Source of the DNA: Octopus bimaculoides
Taxonomy: Eukaryota
DNA length: 46,434 nucleotides
Assembly (NCBI RefSeq): GCF_001194135.2
Contig: NC_069006.1
Coordinates: forward strand, 12,378,505 to 12,424,938
Direction of reading: 5' to 3'
The position numbers and the translations under genes are program-made. Position 1 is the stretch's first letter. Each line of letters opens with the position of its first letter. Positions 24,201 through 34,974 of the stretch are shown here, piece after piece. A model generated the notes under the pieces. That model was not told the origin of the DNA and ran no database searches. It saw only the letters and a program-made list of their open reading frames with translations.

Positions 24201-24789
24201 CATGCGTGCGTTCATATCTGTGTGTGTGTGCGTGTGTGTGTGTGTGCGTGTGTGTGTGTGTGCGTGTGTTGCAAGTTACTTGGAGATCAGTGAGTTCTCC
24301 AATTAACTTGAAAGACAAGAAAAGTAAAAGTAAAAGACCTCTCGACTAACTGAGGAGAATATTTGAGAGTGGGGAGATGACACTATACAAGAAATTGAGA
24401 GGCTAAAGTATGAGAGAAGGACAAGCCTAGCTGTCTTACTATAGAGTACCTACATGGTTACCCTGCATTATACAAGGATGGGTGGAAGCGGCTGGAAAGA
24501 AGAAAGGTGGTAGGGATAGGGTGTACCAAAAGGTGACAAACCACTCTCTTTTCCCCCATTGATCCACTGTCTTCATCCTTTCTTAATATATATCATCTTT
24601 TGAAAAGGAAAATGTTGACAAGGACTTTGAAATAGTTTCTTTGCCTTCACCTGACTGTCAGCCTTTTCCATGTAAAAGTTAATAAATATGTGCTCTACTA
24701 ATGTACTGAGTGATTCAATAACCGTTCAGTTTATTGTTAAAGTTTTTTTATGTATAACTTGACATAAAACAATCATTAATACATTATGT

Positions 24790-24960
24790 ATTCGTTAGAG
24801 TAGTGTCCTCATCTGGATTGTTTCTATCACTATGTTTTGGCTGTGTATGCTCCAGCCTTCTTCAGGTGTCTTGTGATTCACCAGTGCCTTTATCCACATG
24901 CTATGCCCGTAGGATGTGTCAGAGTGAAATTTTTAAGGCTTCGAAACCTCAACTGATGCC
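24790..24960 (-). mobile_element. Penelope-like remnant with decayed hammerhead
   Basis: Minus strand reads cac-CTGAAGA-a-ggctg..cagcc-AAAA-ca-t-a-gtg. The G of GAAA and the G of stem III are both A, as expected from CpG decay. Confidence 0.6.
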
Positions 24961-25059
24961 TTTCTGTATTTCTGAAATGAGGAATTTTTATATTTTGCAT
25001 TAATATGTCATGTCTCACCTTGACTGTTGCTTTCACTACATTTTGGCTTTTGAGTGTGA

Positions 25060-25408
25060 TCTTTGCCAGGGCCGCTGATTGGCTCCCATGCCAGTGATAC
25101 ATAAAAAGCACCATTCGAGCGTGGCTGTTGCCAGTGCTGCCGGACTGGCTCCTGTGCAGGTGGCACACAAAAAGCACCATTTGAGCGTGGCCAATGCCAG
25201 TACTGTCTGACTGGCCCTTGTGCCAGTGGCATGTAAAAGCACCCACTACATCTCAGAGTGGTTGGCGTTAGGAAGGGCATCCAGCTGTCGAAACCTTGCC
25301 AAATCAGATTGGAGCCTGGTACAGCCTCTTGGCTCGCCAGCCCTCAGTCAAACCGTCCAGCCCATGCCAGTATGGAAAGCAGACGTTAAACGATGATGAT
25401 GATGATGA
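25060..25408 (+). mobile_element. RTE 3'UTR with internal ~60-bp tandem units and (GAT)n tail
   Basis: Three units ending aaaagcacc, then ggttggcgttaggaagggcatccagctg..gacgttaaacgatgatgat. Confidence 0.88.
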
Positions 25409-25888
25409 TATAATTTATTTATTTTGGACGAGTCAGTCTCTTGCAAGACTATGGTATCGAGTACTCTCAAATGTGGATGGGACCTGTGAAAGAAGGAGAT
25501 CCAAGAAGACCTGAGACTAAGCAGTGAAGAATGACCTCCGTTGAGACATACAGAGGAAATGACACAGAACCAAGATGACTAATGATTTCCTGTGCTCCTG
25601 ATAACACATCCATCCAAACAAAAATGAGATCCTGAAGGCATATCGCTTGTCTGTGCCCCTGTACATAATCTGTCCCTGATTGATGTATCTCTTCCCCACT
25701 AATCCTCTTCCTAACACTCACCCCTCCATCACTCTTTTGATTATGGCACTGTTCATTCAGCTGTCGTAATTATGAGAGTAGAACTGCACATATTTCATCC
25801 TCCTATCATTCACCCTCCTTGAATCCACTTGTCTCCCACATTCTCAGTATCATCTTTTACCAATTTATTTTTCCCTGAATACCAGGTG

Positions 25889-25935
25889 ACATGTGCTGAA
25901 GAAGGTAAGACAGTAAGTCAAACTAGTCCACGTGT
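25889..25935 (+). ncRNA. Decayed type-I hammerhead relic
   Basis: Stem I acatgtg/cacgtgt; CTGAAGA at 25896-25902; AAA lacking the conserved G; palindromic ACTAGT stem III; GUC triplet. Confidence 0.5.
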
Positions 25936-26236
25936 ATCTGAATGCTAAGAAATATATAGCATTATGCTGTATAGGTATGTTAAAGTTTTTTTTTAACCTG
26001 TTCACCCGAATACTGTTGTTTCTGTCGTTATTTTCGGTGTTTTTATTGGTGGTTGAAGTGAGAGTTTTAACTCTTATTTCTAGCAGACAGGCATATTCGT
26101 TTGCCCTTATGATTGATATAAATTTTAATCCTTAGCTATATAATGCTTTTTTTAGGCCTGCAACCACCCAATTTATTGCTGTTATTATCAAGTATTTATA
26201 TTACCCTCCAGAATATTTGCTCCTTATATAAATATA

Positions 26237-26960
26237 TCATCATCATCATCATTTAACGTCCGCTTTCCATGCTAGCATGGGTTGGACGATTTGACTGGGG
26301 ACTGGCGAAGCGGATGGCTACACCAGACTCCGATCTGATCTGGCAGAGTTTCTACAGCTGGATGCCCTTCCTAATGCCAACCACTCCAAGAGTGTTGTGG
26401 GTGCTTTTTACATGCCACTAGCATGGGGCCAGTCCGGTGGTACTGGCAACGGCCACGCTCAAATGGTGTTTTTTATGTGCCACCTGCACAGGAGTCAGCC
26501 AATGTTTTGTTCACATGCCACCGGCACATGTGCCAGTAAGGCAAAGCTGGAAATGATCGCGCTCAAATGGTGCTTTTTACGTGCCACCGGCACGGGAGCG
26601 GGACCGCTGCTCTGGCAGTGATCTCGCTCAGATGGTGGTGTTAGCGCTCCACTAGCACGGGTGCTAGTCATCAAATTATTTGGTTCAGTTTCAATCTGAT
26701 CTCACTTGCCCCAACAGGTCTTCCAATGAGGGAAGTTTGGCATAGGTGCCAGTCATCAAATTTGGTTCAATTTCGATTTCACTTGCCTCAACAGGTCTTC
26801 GCAAGCAGGGTTTTGTGTCCAAAGAAAGAAAGGAACGCATAAGTGGGCTGGCCACACCCCTGGTAAAGGCCACAGGTTATGGTCTCACTTGGCTTGCCGG
26901 GTTTTCTCACGCACAGCATATTTCCAAAGGTCTCGGTCACTAGTCATTGCCTTGGTGAGG

Positions 26961-26963
<3 letters not shown>
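26237..26963 (-). mobile_element. RTE 3' region, relatively young copy
   Basis: (CAT)n-tttaacgtccgctttccatgctagcatgggttggacg.., tandem ggtgcttttta units, CpGs largely retained. Ends at (TA)n. Confidence 0.88.
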
Positions 26964-27018
<55 letters not shown>

Positions 27019-27119
27019 TAATAATAATATGACAACAAAAGAATGAATGAGGCCTTGATATTATGTAAAATAGAGGGATTTATCTATAAATATCATATGT
27101 GACAATTAGTTGGTTGTCA

Positions 27120-27182
27120 TAATAAAACTCAGAGTTTCGGATGCCGGGGCTGAAGTCTGCTCCGGCATCTCATCAGTTATTA
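27120..27182 (-). ncRNA. Type-I hammerhead ribozyme motif (GUU), mirror copy
   Basis: Minus strand reads taataa-CTGATGA-gatgccgg..ccggcatc-c-GAAA-ctctgag-TT-ttatta. Confidence 0.7.
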
Positions 27183-27204
27183 AGACAAACGCTAATGTTT
27201 GTCT

Positions 27205-27267
27205 TGATAACTGATGAGATGTCAGAGCAGACTTCATCTCCGGTATCCGAAACTCTGAGTCTTATTA
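27205..27267 (+). ncRNA. Type-I hammerhead ribozyme motif (GUC)
   Basis: Stem I tgataa/ttatta; CTGATGA at 27211-27217; stem II gatgtcagag/ctccggtatc plus one extra C; GAAA at 27249-27252; stem III actc-t-gagt; predicted cut after C27261. Confidence 0.75.
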
Positions 27268-27292
27268 TGGCAACCAACTAATTGTCACATAT

Positions 27293-27344
<52 letters not shown>

Positions 27345-27352
27345 TGAGAGAG

Positions 27353-27390
<38 letters not shown>

Positions 27391-27811
27391 GAGAGAGTAG
27401 GAGAGAGAGAGAGAAAGAGAAAGAGAGAGAGAATGTAAATAAATAACAAGAATGTACATGTGTCAATACATTATGGCCGTTTCAAGTGCCTCCATTTAAT
27501 TGCTCAATGAAAACATTTCATCAATTTGAAAGAAACCACTCTCTTCAGATGCAGATGATCATATAGATTTCAAACATAAAAGATAAACCATTTCTAACAA
27601 ATTTAAATCAATAATATAAACCAAAATGTATCGACACCTACACATCCTTGTTACTTATTTACATTCTGTTCATCTAGCTTAGACTGAACTGAATTGGCAA
27701 GGTGCCTCAATTTAAGTACTTAATTCAACTGAATCTTAATATTATATATATATACACATACACACAAATACACACACACTCTGACCTGGATAGCCATGTT
27801 GGAGTCCCCTG

Positions 27812-28000
27812 GTATCATCATCATCATTTAATATTTATGTTCCATGCTGGCATAGATTAAATGGTTTGACAGGATCCAATTAGTTCAAAGATTGCATCTT
27901 GTTCCACTGTCTGCCTTGGCTTGGCTTCTACAGACGGATGCCCTTCCAAATGCCAACCACTTAGTAGAGTATACTGGGTGTTTTTCCTAGCGCCAGCACT
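27812..28000 (-). mobile_element. RTE-type 3' end
   Basis: catcatcatttaat..tttgacaggatcc..ttctacagacggatgcccttcc..gccaaccactt. Confidence 0.75.
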
Positions 28001-28099
28001 AGAGAAATCTCCATATAACGTAGAAGACTGAAATCCCCTTCAACTGAACGGAGGTACAGTTGAGAGGAAGAAGATGAGGAGTTAAATAATTGACAGAAG

Positions 28100-28260
28100 G
28101 GGGCCAGAACAGAATAGGTTTCTTGCTGCAGAATAGCTACATGACTACTCACATCATAACAGAGAGGCTGGAAGCCACCAAGGTGCAGCTGGAAAGAGAT
28201 AAAACAGTACCGATCAGGATTCAGGGTGGAGACCCTCAATGTATCGAAATATTACAGAAG
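28100..28260 (+). mobile_element. Possible RTE 5' fragment (start of APE endonuclease)
   Basis: One frame reads RSGFRVETLNV, resembling the RVGTLNV motif at the start of RTE endonucleases. Short and degenerate. Confidence 0.35.
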
Positions 28261-28491
28261 CATCAAATATAACAATCACTCAATACTACAGGTTGTTTTC
28301 ATTGATATATGTATTGAACAAGTCACCGTTACATACTTGCGCAGGATAATACCTACCTATAGAACTATTTTGCCTTTTCTGAAAAAAGTGGTGGTCAGAC
28401 AACACACATAATACACACACATGTATGTATGTGTGTGTGTGCAAGAGACAGGCAGACAGACAGACAGAAAATGTGTGTGTGTGTGTCTGTC

Positions 28492-29365
28492 GTCATCATC
28501 ATCATCTTTCATTTAATGTCCGCTTTTCACGCTGGCATGAGTTGGACGGTTTGACTGAGAACTGGCAAGCCGGGAGACTGCACCAGGCTCCAGTCTGATT
28601 TGGCATGGTTTCTACAGCTGGATGCCCTTCCTAACACCAACCACCCCGAGAGTGTAGTAGGTGCTTTTTACATGCCACCAGCATAGGTGCCAGTCAGATG
28701 GCACTGGCATCAGCCACGACTATGATTTCACTCAGTTCAACAAGTCTTCACAAGCACGGAATATCACCCAACAATTGAAAGGTGCTTTTAAATGGGCCAG
28801 TTATACGACACTGACATCAGCCACAACTATGATCTCACTTGGCTTGCCGGGTTTTCTCAAGCACAGCATATCTCCAAATGTCTTGGTCACTTGTCATTGC
28901 CTCCGTGATACTCAAAGTTCAAAGGTCATGCTTCATCACCTCATCCCATGTCTTCCTAGGTCTACCTCTTCCACAGGTTCCCTCCACTGTTAGAGTGTGA
29001 CACTTCTTCACACAGCTATCCTCATCCATATGCATCACATGATCATACCAGCACAGTTGCCTCTCTTGCACACTACATTTGATGCTTCTTATGTCCAACT
29101 TTTCTCTCAGGGCACTTCCACTCTGTTGTGTATGCACACTGACATTACATATCCAGCAGAGCATTCTAGCTTCATTTCTTTCAAGCCTATGCATGTCCTC
29201 AGCAGTCACAGCCCATGTTTCACTGCCATGTAGCATGGCTGTTCACACACAAGCATCATACAATCTGCCTTTCACTCTGAGCGAGAAGCCCTCTGTTATC
29301 AGCAGAGGTAAGAGCTCTCTGAACTTTGCCCAGCCTAATCTTATTCTTGAAGCTACACTCCCAAA
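28492..29365 (-). mobile_element. 5'-truncated RTE LINE
   Basis: RIRLGWAKFRELLP..RVKGRLYDACV, MLHGSETWAVTAEDMHRLERNE..VEGTCGRGRPRKTWDEV, then 3'UTR and (GAT)n tail. Confidence 0.92.
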
Positions 29366-29387
29366 GCATCCACCTCGGCTGTGTTCA

Positions 29388-29545
29388 AAAGGCTTTCCCA
29401 CAGTTTCTATCTACCAGATTCACTCACAATGCACTGGTCAGCCCAGTGTTATAAGAGAAGACAAGGTGCCACACAGTGGGACCGAACCTGAAACCACATG
29501 GTTGCAAACTAAGATTCTTAACCACACAGCAATGCATGTGCCTAT
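29388..29545 (-). mobile_element. SINE family A, 5' half
   Basis: aaggtgccacacagtgggaccgaacctgaaaccacatggttg..aaccacacagc is the reverse complement of the SINE head. Confidence 0.8.
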
Positions 29546-29639
29546 ATAGCACATTTATCAGAAAAAAATTTAAAACAATAATCAGGGCTAAGGAGATTTC
29601 TGGTGCCTGAAACACTGGGTAAAAAGCTATCAAACCTGT

Positions 29640-30430
29640 CACAGGCAGGTTTCATAGTCACAGGGAGTATGTGGCTATGCTTGAAATCAAGTTGGCCATC
29701 CACTGTGTGTGTGAGTGCTTGTGCAATTTAACCCTTCAACTATCTTTAACACTCTACTATCATTATCCTTTCTGTACTTCCAATCCTCACTTCCTCTCAC
29801 CTAGGACACATATTGACATTTATCATTTTCTTGCCCTCACCAATCTCTGTTACTATCCATCCATCTCTCTCTCTTTCTCTCACCTCTACCAGTCTCTCAT
29901 TCTAATTCTTCCAATTTTTTTCCCCATGATGCTTTTGCTCTCTTCACCCACTCATCCTGGTTGTTCTTCTGTCACCACTGACTCTTCCATTTACCCTCTC
30001 ACTCATGTCAACTTGCATGAACAGACAAGATATACAGTATTGAGGACTTTTTTACTGCTACAGAGTACAAGACAAGCTCACTGGTGTTAATGTCATCCTA
30101 GAATGCACCCACTGCACTCTGCAAACTGATCTGTGAATGAATGGAGAACAACTAGGGTTGAAAGAAACCTTTCATCTTGTTGGGGGTATGACAAACCTCT
30201 CCAGTGCTGGTGCCATGATAAAATGCACCCAGTGCATTCTGTAAATTAGTTGGTGTTAGGAAGGGTGTCCAGCCATAGAACCCATGCAAAATACCAAACG
30301 CATGAGTAACAAGTGGTCCTCTGACACCTCTAGAAGTGCAGCAACTCTGAATAAGAAATGATTTGAACTAAGACAACCAGTCCAACACATGCCAGCCTGG
30401 AAAGCAGCTGTAAAATGAGGATGACATTTA
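29640..30430 (+). mobile_element. Old RTE 3' region (pyrimidine tract + 3'UTR)
   Basis: Same order as 15260-16110: CT-rich tract, aaaatgcacccagtgcattctgtaa..ttggtgttaggaagggtgtccagccatagaa, ccaacacatgccagcctggaaa, gaggatga tail. Confidence 0.7.
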
Positions 30431-30604
30431 AAGAAACACACACACAAACACACATCTATATCTATATCCCTATACCGTGTGATCATCCACTGAATCTCAT
30501 AGCAGAGGCAGTTGGGAGCTTATATGAATACTATCCCGGGCCATAGCACAAGTTTATATCATAATTTGTTGTACACTTAATGCATCTGCTTTGATATGTA
30601 TATG

Positions 30605-30800
30605 TGGTGGGGTGCATAGCTTAACGGTTAAGGTGTTGCACAGGTAATGTCAATTTAATGGAGGGAGTGAGCTTATGTCATCACAAGCATTTGATCATTA
30701 TAAACAAACATTTGATCATTATAAACAACTCATCTGTGTGGTTGTTCGGCAAGGAATTCCAGAACCTTCATACATCATTTAACAATGGGAGAGTCCGTGA
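30605..30800 (+). mobile_element. SINE family D with internal deletion
   Basis: Head tagcttaacggttaaggtgttgcac joins directly to aggtaatgtcaattt; shares its 3' part with 11200-11470. Contains a 21-bp tandem duplication. Confidence 0.6.
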
Positions 30801-30904
30801 TTTTATACATATATATATATACACGTCCAAACACATTGTAAACAACAGATTAGAATGGTTCCTAAGTAACAACTTATGCAACATCAGTAATTTTTATTCT
30901 CATA

Positions 30905-30941
<37 letters not shown>

Positions 30942-31611
30942 TGTGTGCATGTCTAGACATACACATGGTGGTGGCTATCAACTCATTACAACCATATTTT
31001 GCGCTTTGTTATTCTTTTTAAGATAGAGTGCGTCCCTGTCACGGGCTCTCACAATGACAAAGACAAGCAACCAGCAGTAAGGAAAGACCAAGATCCTACT
31101 CCTTGAACATCAACAGTACTTCATCAGAGGACATAGCCCACCAGTGAAGAGAGCAACTGGAGGGTCACTAATTCAGCCGATGCTCTGCTTTCCATGTGTA
31201 TTCGAGAGTAAGGAAACAAAAGTGGCTGTATTTCATCATTGCAGATCTGTGTGATACTCCAATGGCTGTAATAAAGGTCTGCTGTCCCTTTGTGGTCCCA
31301 GAATGTCCAGATCTTGACTTGTGCTACAACAAAGTAGCACCACAAAAAAGTTTTAAAGTGATACACGTTTGAGCAATGCATGTCACTTTCTAAATTGTTA
31401 GAAAACTGTTGAAGTCGCAACAAGCAAAAGAAAAGAGAAAAATATCCAAATATAGATAGAGACTGCAAACATTAACAGGTCTGAAGTCCAAGTGTCCTTC
31501 AACCTGTGCATTTAAATATACGTGCAAATGCATACATACTATATGCACATTGCTGATGTGCATGTATGTATGTATATATATATATATATATATTATATAG
31601 ATAGATAGATA

Positions 31612-31748
31612 GATGTTTTCGATCTAGTTTGGATTCTTTGCCATCAAATTTGAATTCTTTGCAATCAAATTTGACTTCTTTGCAATCAAATTTGAATTCT
31701 TTACAATCAAATTTGATGGCAAAGAATCCACACTAGATCGAAAACATC
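31612..31748. mobile_element. 137-bp MITE-like fold-back with four internal 21-bp tandem units, TA-flanked
   Basis: TA-gatgttttcgatctagt.tggattctttgccatcaaattt ... aaatttgatggcaaagaatcca.actagatcgaaaacatc-TA. Confidence 0.85.
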
Positions 31749-31751
31749 TAT

Positions 31752-31925
31752 ATCATCATTATCATCATCATCCTCATCATTTAACGTCTGCTTTCAATGC
31801 TAGTATGGGTTGGACGATTTGACTGGGGACTGGTGAACCAGATGGCTACACCAGGCTCCAATCTGATTTGGCAGAGTTTCTACAGCTGGATGCCCTTCCT
31901 AACGCCAACCACTCTGAGAGTGTAG
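31752..31925 (-). mobile_element. RTE 3' end (short truncated copy)
   Basis: (CAT)n-tttaacgtctgctttcaatgctagtatgggttggacg..aacgccaaccactctgagagtgtagtg. Confidence 0.85.
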
Positions 31926-31982
31926 TGTGTGTGTGTGTGTGTGTGTACACCTGTATTCATGCTTAAAAATTAAAATGACAAT

Positions 31983-32246
31983 GGAATTAGAAATAATGTT
32001 ATGAGCTTCAATAGCCTACAGCTGTTTCTGCTAAAAGATATAATGCACTCGTGCTTGAATGCTAGTATATCACCATATAGCTTCATCAGAACTTCAAAAA
32101 TGAAATGCAATTGCATGAAAATTGCACTTCATTTTTTAAACTCCAATGAAGTTATAAGTTGCTGCACAAACATTCAACTACGAATGCATTGCATCTTATA
32201 GAAGAAATAGCTGTAAGCTAATGAAGTCCATGACAATTCCTAATCC
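31983..32246. mobile_element. Old fold-back / MITE (about 125-bp imperfect arms)
   Basis: agcctacagctgtttctgctaaaagat matches the reverse complement of atcttatagaagaaatagctgtaagct; tcgtgcttgaatg pairs with cattcaactacga; aaaaatgaa pairs with ttcattttt. Confidence 0.75.
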
Positions 32247-32370
32247 TCTTGTGAATTTCTTATTACTGCTCTACATTCAAATGACAGTTTGTTCTGAAAC
32301 ATATGTATCTTGAGTCTAATACCAGGCTATTAGTATCACTGTGCCTAAGTGAAATAATGATGATAATAAT

Positions 32371-32421
<51 letters not shown>

Positions 32422-32423
<2 letters not shown>

Positions 32424-33690
32424 CAGGTCATTAAGAATGAAATGTCTGATTTTCTTATGCACCAAGTTTGACAGTAGTTAACGCTAATGTAAAACAATTC
32501 TTTGTTTTACATCACTGAAGAGTTAAATTATCACTTTTTGAATTGCAATTTACAGTGTCTGATTACATTGTGAGTTTCCTCTTGTAAATCAAATTTTGTG
32601 AATCCATGAATAGATAAAAAATTCATGTTGTTTATGAATATGAGTTTTGTTGTGGAACCAATGCATCTTAGATAGCTCGAAACATCAATGAGATGTTTGG
32701 TGAAGATGTGATGAATGAGCGCACTGTATGTTGATGGTTTGAGAAGTTCCGGTTTGGTGACTTTACTCTTGAAAATCAGCCCCATGGTAGACTGAGACGA
32801 AGATGGATAATGATGAGCTGGAAACTGTAGTGGAAGCGAATACATCTCAAACTGCATGTGAATTAGCAGTAAAGTTTGATGTTTCAATTCCAACTGTATT
32901 GGATCAAATTGGCATGGTAAAAAAGCTGGACAAGTGGGTACCACATGAACTGAATGAGCATCAAATGACACGTCATCTTGAAACTTGCTGCTCTTTGCTG
33001 TCACAACATAAAAGCGAACCATTTTTGCATCATATTGTTATGTGTGATGAAAATTGGATTCTTTTCAACAACAGCAAGCATTCTGAATGGTGGTTGGATA
33101 GAAATAAAGTGCCAAAACCCAATCTAAAAAAGAATTTTCACTGAAAAAGCTAATGGTGTTTGTTTGGTGGTCCAGCACTGGTGTCATCCACAACAGCTTC
33201 ATGAAACCTGGTAATTCAATTGCAACAGATGTATACATCAACTAATTGGATGAAATGATGAGTGAATTTGCAATTAAACAACCGAGATTGGTCAACAGAG
33301 ACAGGCCAATTCTCTTGCAAGACAATGCTCGACCACATGTTGCACAAAGAATGCTGCTCAAGTTACAGGAACTGATCTTGGAAGTACTCTGTCATCCACC
33401 ATATTCACCAGACCTTGCACCAACTGACTATCATGTTTTCCAGGCATTTGACAACTTTTTGCAAGGAAAAACAGTTCAAACCTGAAGAGGATGCAAAAAC
33501 AGCCTATCGTGATTTCATCACCTCTTGCCCTCCAGAATTCTTTGCTGCTGATATAAATAAGCAACTGATAAAATGGCAAAACTGCATTGATAATTTAGGT
33601 GCATACTTTGATTCACTGCATTGCTTTTTGCTGAGATAAAGTAAAATAAACTTTCAGTACAAAATCGGACATCTCATTCTTAATATATAA
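32422..33690 (+). mobile_element. Near full-length decayed mariner (D34D)
   Basis: TIR core attaagaatga(a/g)atgtc(t/c)gatttt at both ends. ORF from ATG 32606: ARNINEMFG..WFEKFR, KWVPHEL, CDENW, LQDNARPH..HPPYSPDLAPTD. Several stops and frameshifts. Confidence 0.96.
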
Positions 33691-33743
33691 CAGCATCAGC
33701 AGCAAGCAGTGATTAGGAATAAACAAATTTTAAGTGAGTTAAA

Positions 33744-33900
33744 ATACATTTCTGACATATTTCAACTTCTAAAACCAATAGGGGGAAGCACTGAGCAAAT
33801 ACAGTGTTTTTACACCTTTTACCATAAGAGAAAATTTTTTTTCTCCATGGTAACTGCAGTGAATTTGCCTTTAGAAGTTAAAAAAATGTCACAAACATAT
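33744..33900. mobile_element. Small MITE-like inverted repeat
   Basis: tgacatatttcaacttctaaa (33753-33773) pairs with tttagaagttaaaaaaatgtca (33870-33891). A nested hairpin lies at 33819-33853. Confidence 0.6.
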
Positions 33901-34019
33901 TTTCTGTATATTTATAAATAAAATAAGAACAGTATTAAACAAGTGGAGAAGAGATATGTAGTGCATGTGTGTTTATTTGGTAAGAAAAAAAAATGACCAT
34001 CCTGAAATATAACAATATC

Positions 34020-34100
34020 CAGGGTGTGATGGGTAAATTGTCCCCATTTTATATTTTTAATTTTGCGCATCTGCATTGTTTGGCCAGCATCTGTTGAAAA
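34020..34100 (+). mobile_element. Solo CAGGGTG-type Tc1/mariner terminus
   Basis: cagggtgtgatgggtaaattgtcccc; no partner end seen. Confidence 0.4.
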
Positions 34101-34214
34101 ATAAAAGCACCATGACACAATTCACTCAGCCAGAAATTTACTGCCTGGCATTCACACTGAAAGCTCCAGTATGAACATCTCAGAGAGTTTTGGTGTCAAT
34201 CTGAGGAATTGTAC

Positions 34215-34575
34215 CAAGGTGTTTTAGAAGACACCTGCATGTCAAAACAGATTTTGCATGGTGAGATGGAGCGAGGAAAATGTCCACAGTGCAAACCACA
34301 CAAGTGGTTTTAAAGACAGTCCTGAAGACACACATATAAAACAGATCAATATCAATACCTGGGAAGATTTTGCATCAGATGGGGAGTTGCAAAGGAAACT
34401 GATTGTTATTGGTGTTAAAGAAGTTGAGAATAGCAGGGTTGTGTACACTGAGTTGAAAGATGGAGCACATGAACCCTCTTTCTGTGAAGGGTATGAAAGA
34501 GTCTCTTTCATGTGACCAGTGTGGTCATGTTTACTTCTGAAAGGCAGGTTTATCCAGCCACAAGCACAGTCATAG
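34215..34575 (+). mobile_element. RTE LINE (second type) C-terminus with C2H2 finger
   Basis: SKQILHGEMERGK..FKDS..ININTWEDFASD..GVKEVENSR, then CDQCGHV..KAGLSSHKHSH. Confidence 0.75.
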
Positions 34576-34917
34576 AACTGCCCTCATCTAACATGATCTC
34601 TCAAGCACCTCGGGCAGCAGAGTGACTGGATCAGCCAGTGGACTCACTCAGCATTGTAAGTCCCATTGTAAGTCCTCAGATGGTCATGCTGGAAAGGTGG
34701 TCAGCTGACTTCTGGTTAGCATGGAATGACTTGTAAGTCCCTTGCTGGCTTAAGGAGCCATATGAGAGGTCATCAATGATGGGAAAACCAAACGTCAGAT
34801 GTTTCTTAAAGTGAAATGGGTTTAGAAAGTAGTTTGGTCTCAAGTTAACATCCACCAAGCATATATATACATATGCATTTATTTATGTGTGTGAGTGTAT
34901 AGGTGTGTGTATGTATA

Positions 34918-34959
<42 letters not shown>

Positions 34960-34974
34960 GATGAAAAGATATCT

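Larger units (their letters stand above)
27030..27292. mobile_element. Penelope-like remnant forming a 96-bp-arm fold-back
   Basis: Arms 27095-27190 and 27197-27292 have 8 mismatches and a 6-nt loop. Each arm carries a hammerhead. Confidence 0.75.

Noticed and set aside
25070-25240. Regularly spaced ~60-bp units that might suggest a CRISPR-like array
   Set aside because: They are whole-unit tandem repeats inside the RTE 3'UTR, seen in other copies (180-330, 26400-26600). There are no unique spacers and the context is eukaryotic.
32606-33620. Possible domesticated SETMAR-like transposase gene
   Set aside because: Multiple stops and frameshifts, TIRs retained, and no SET-domain exon visible.
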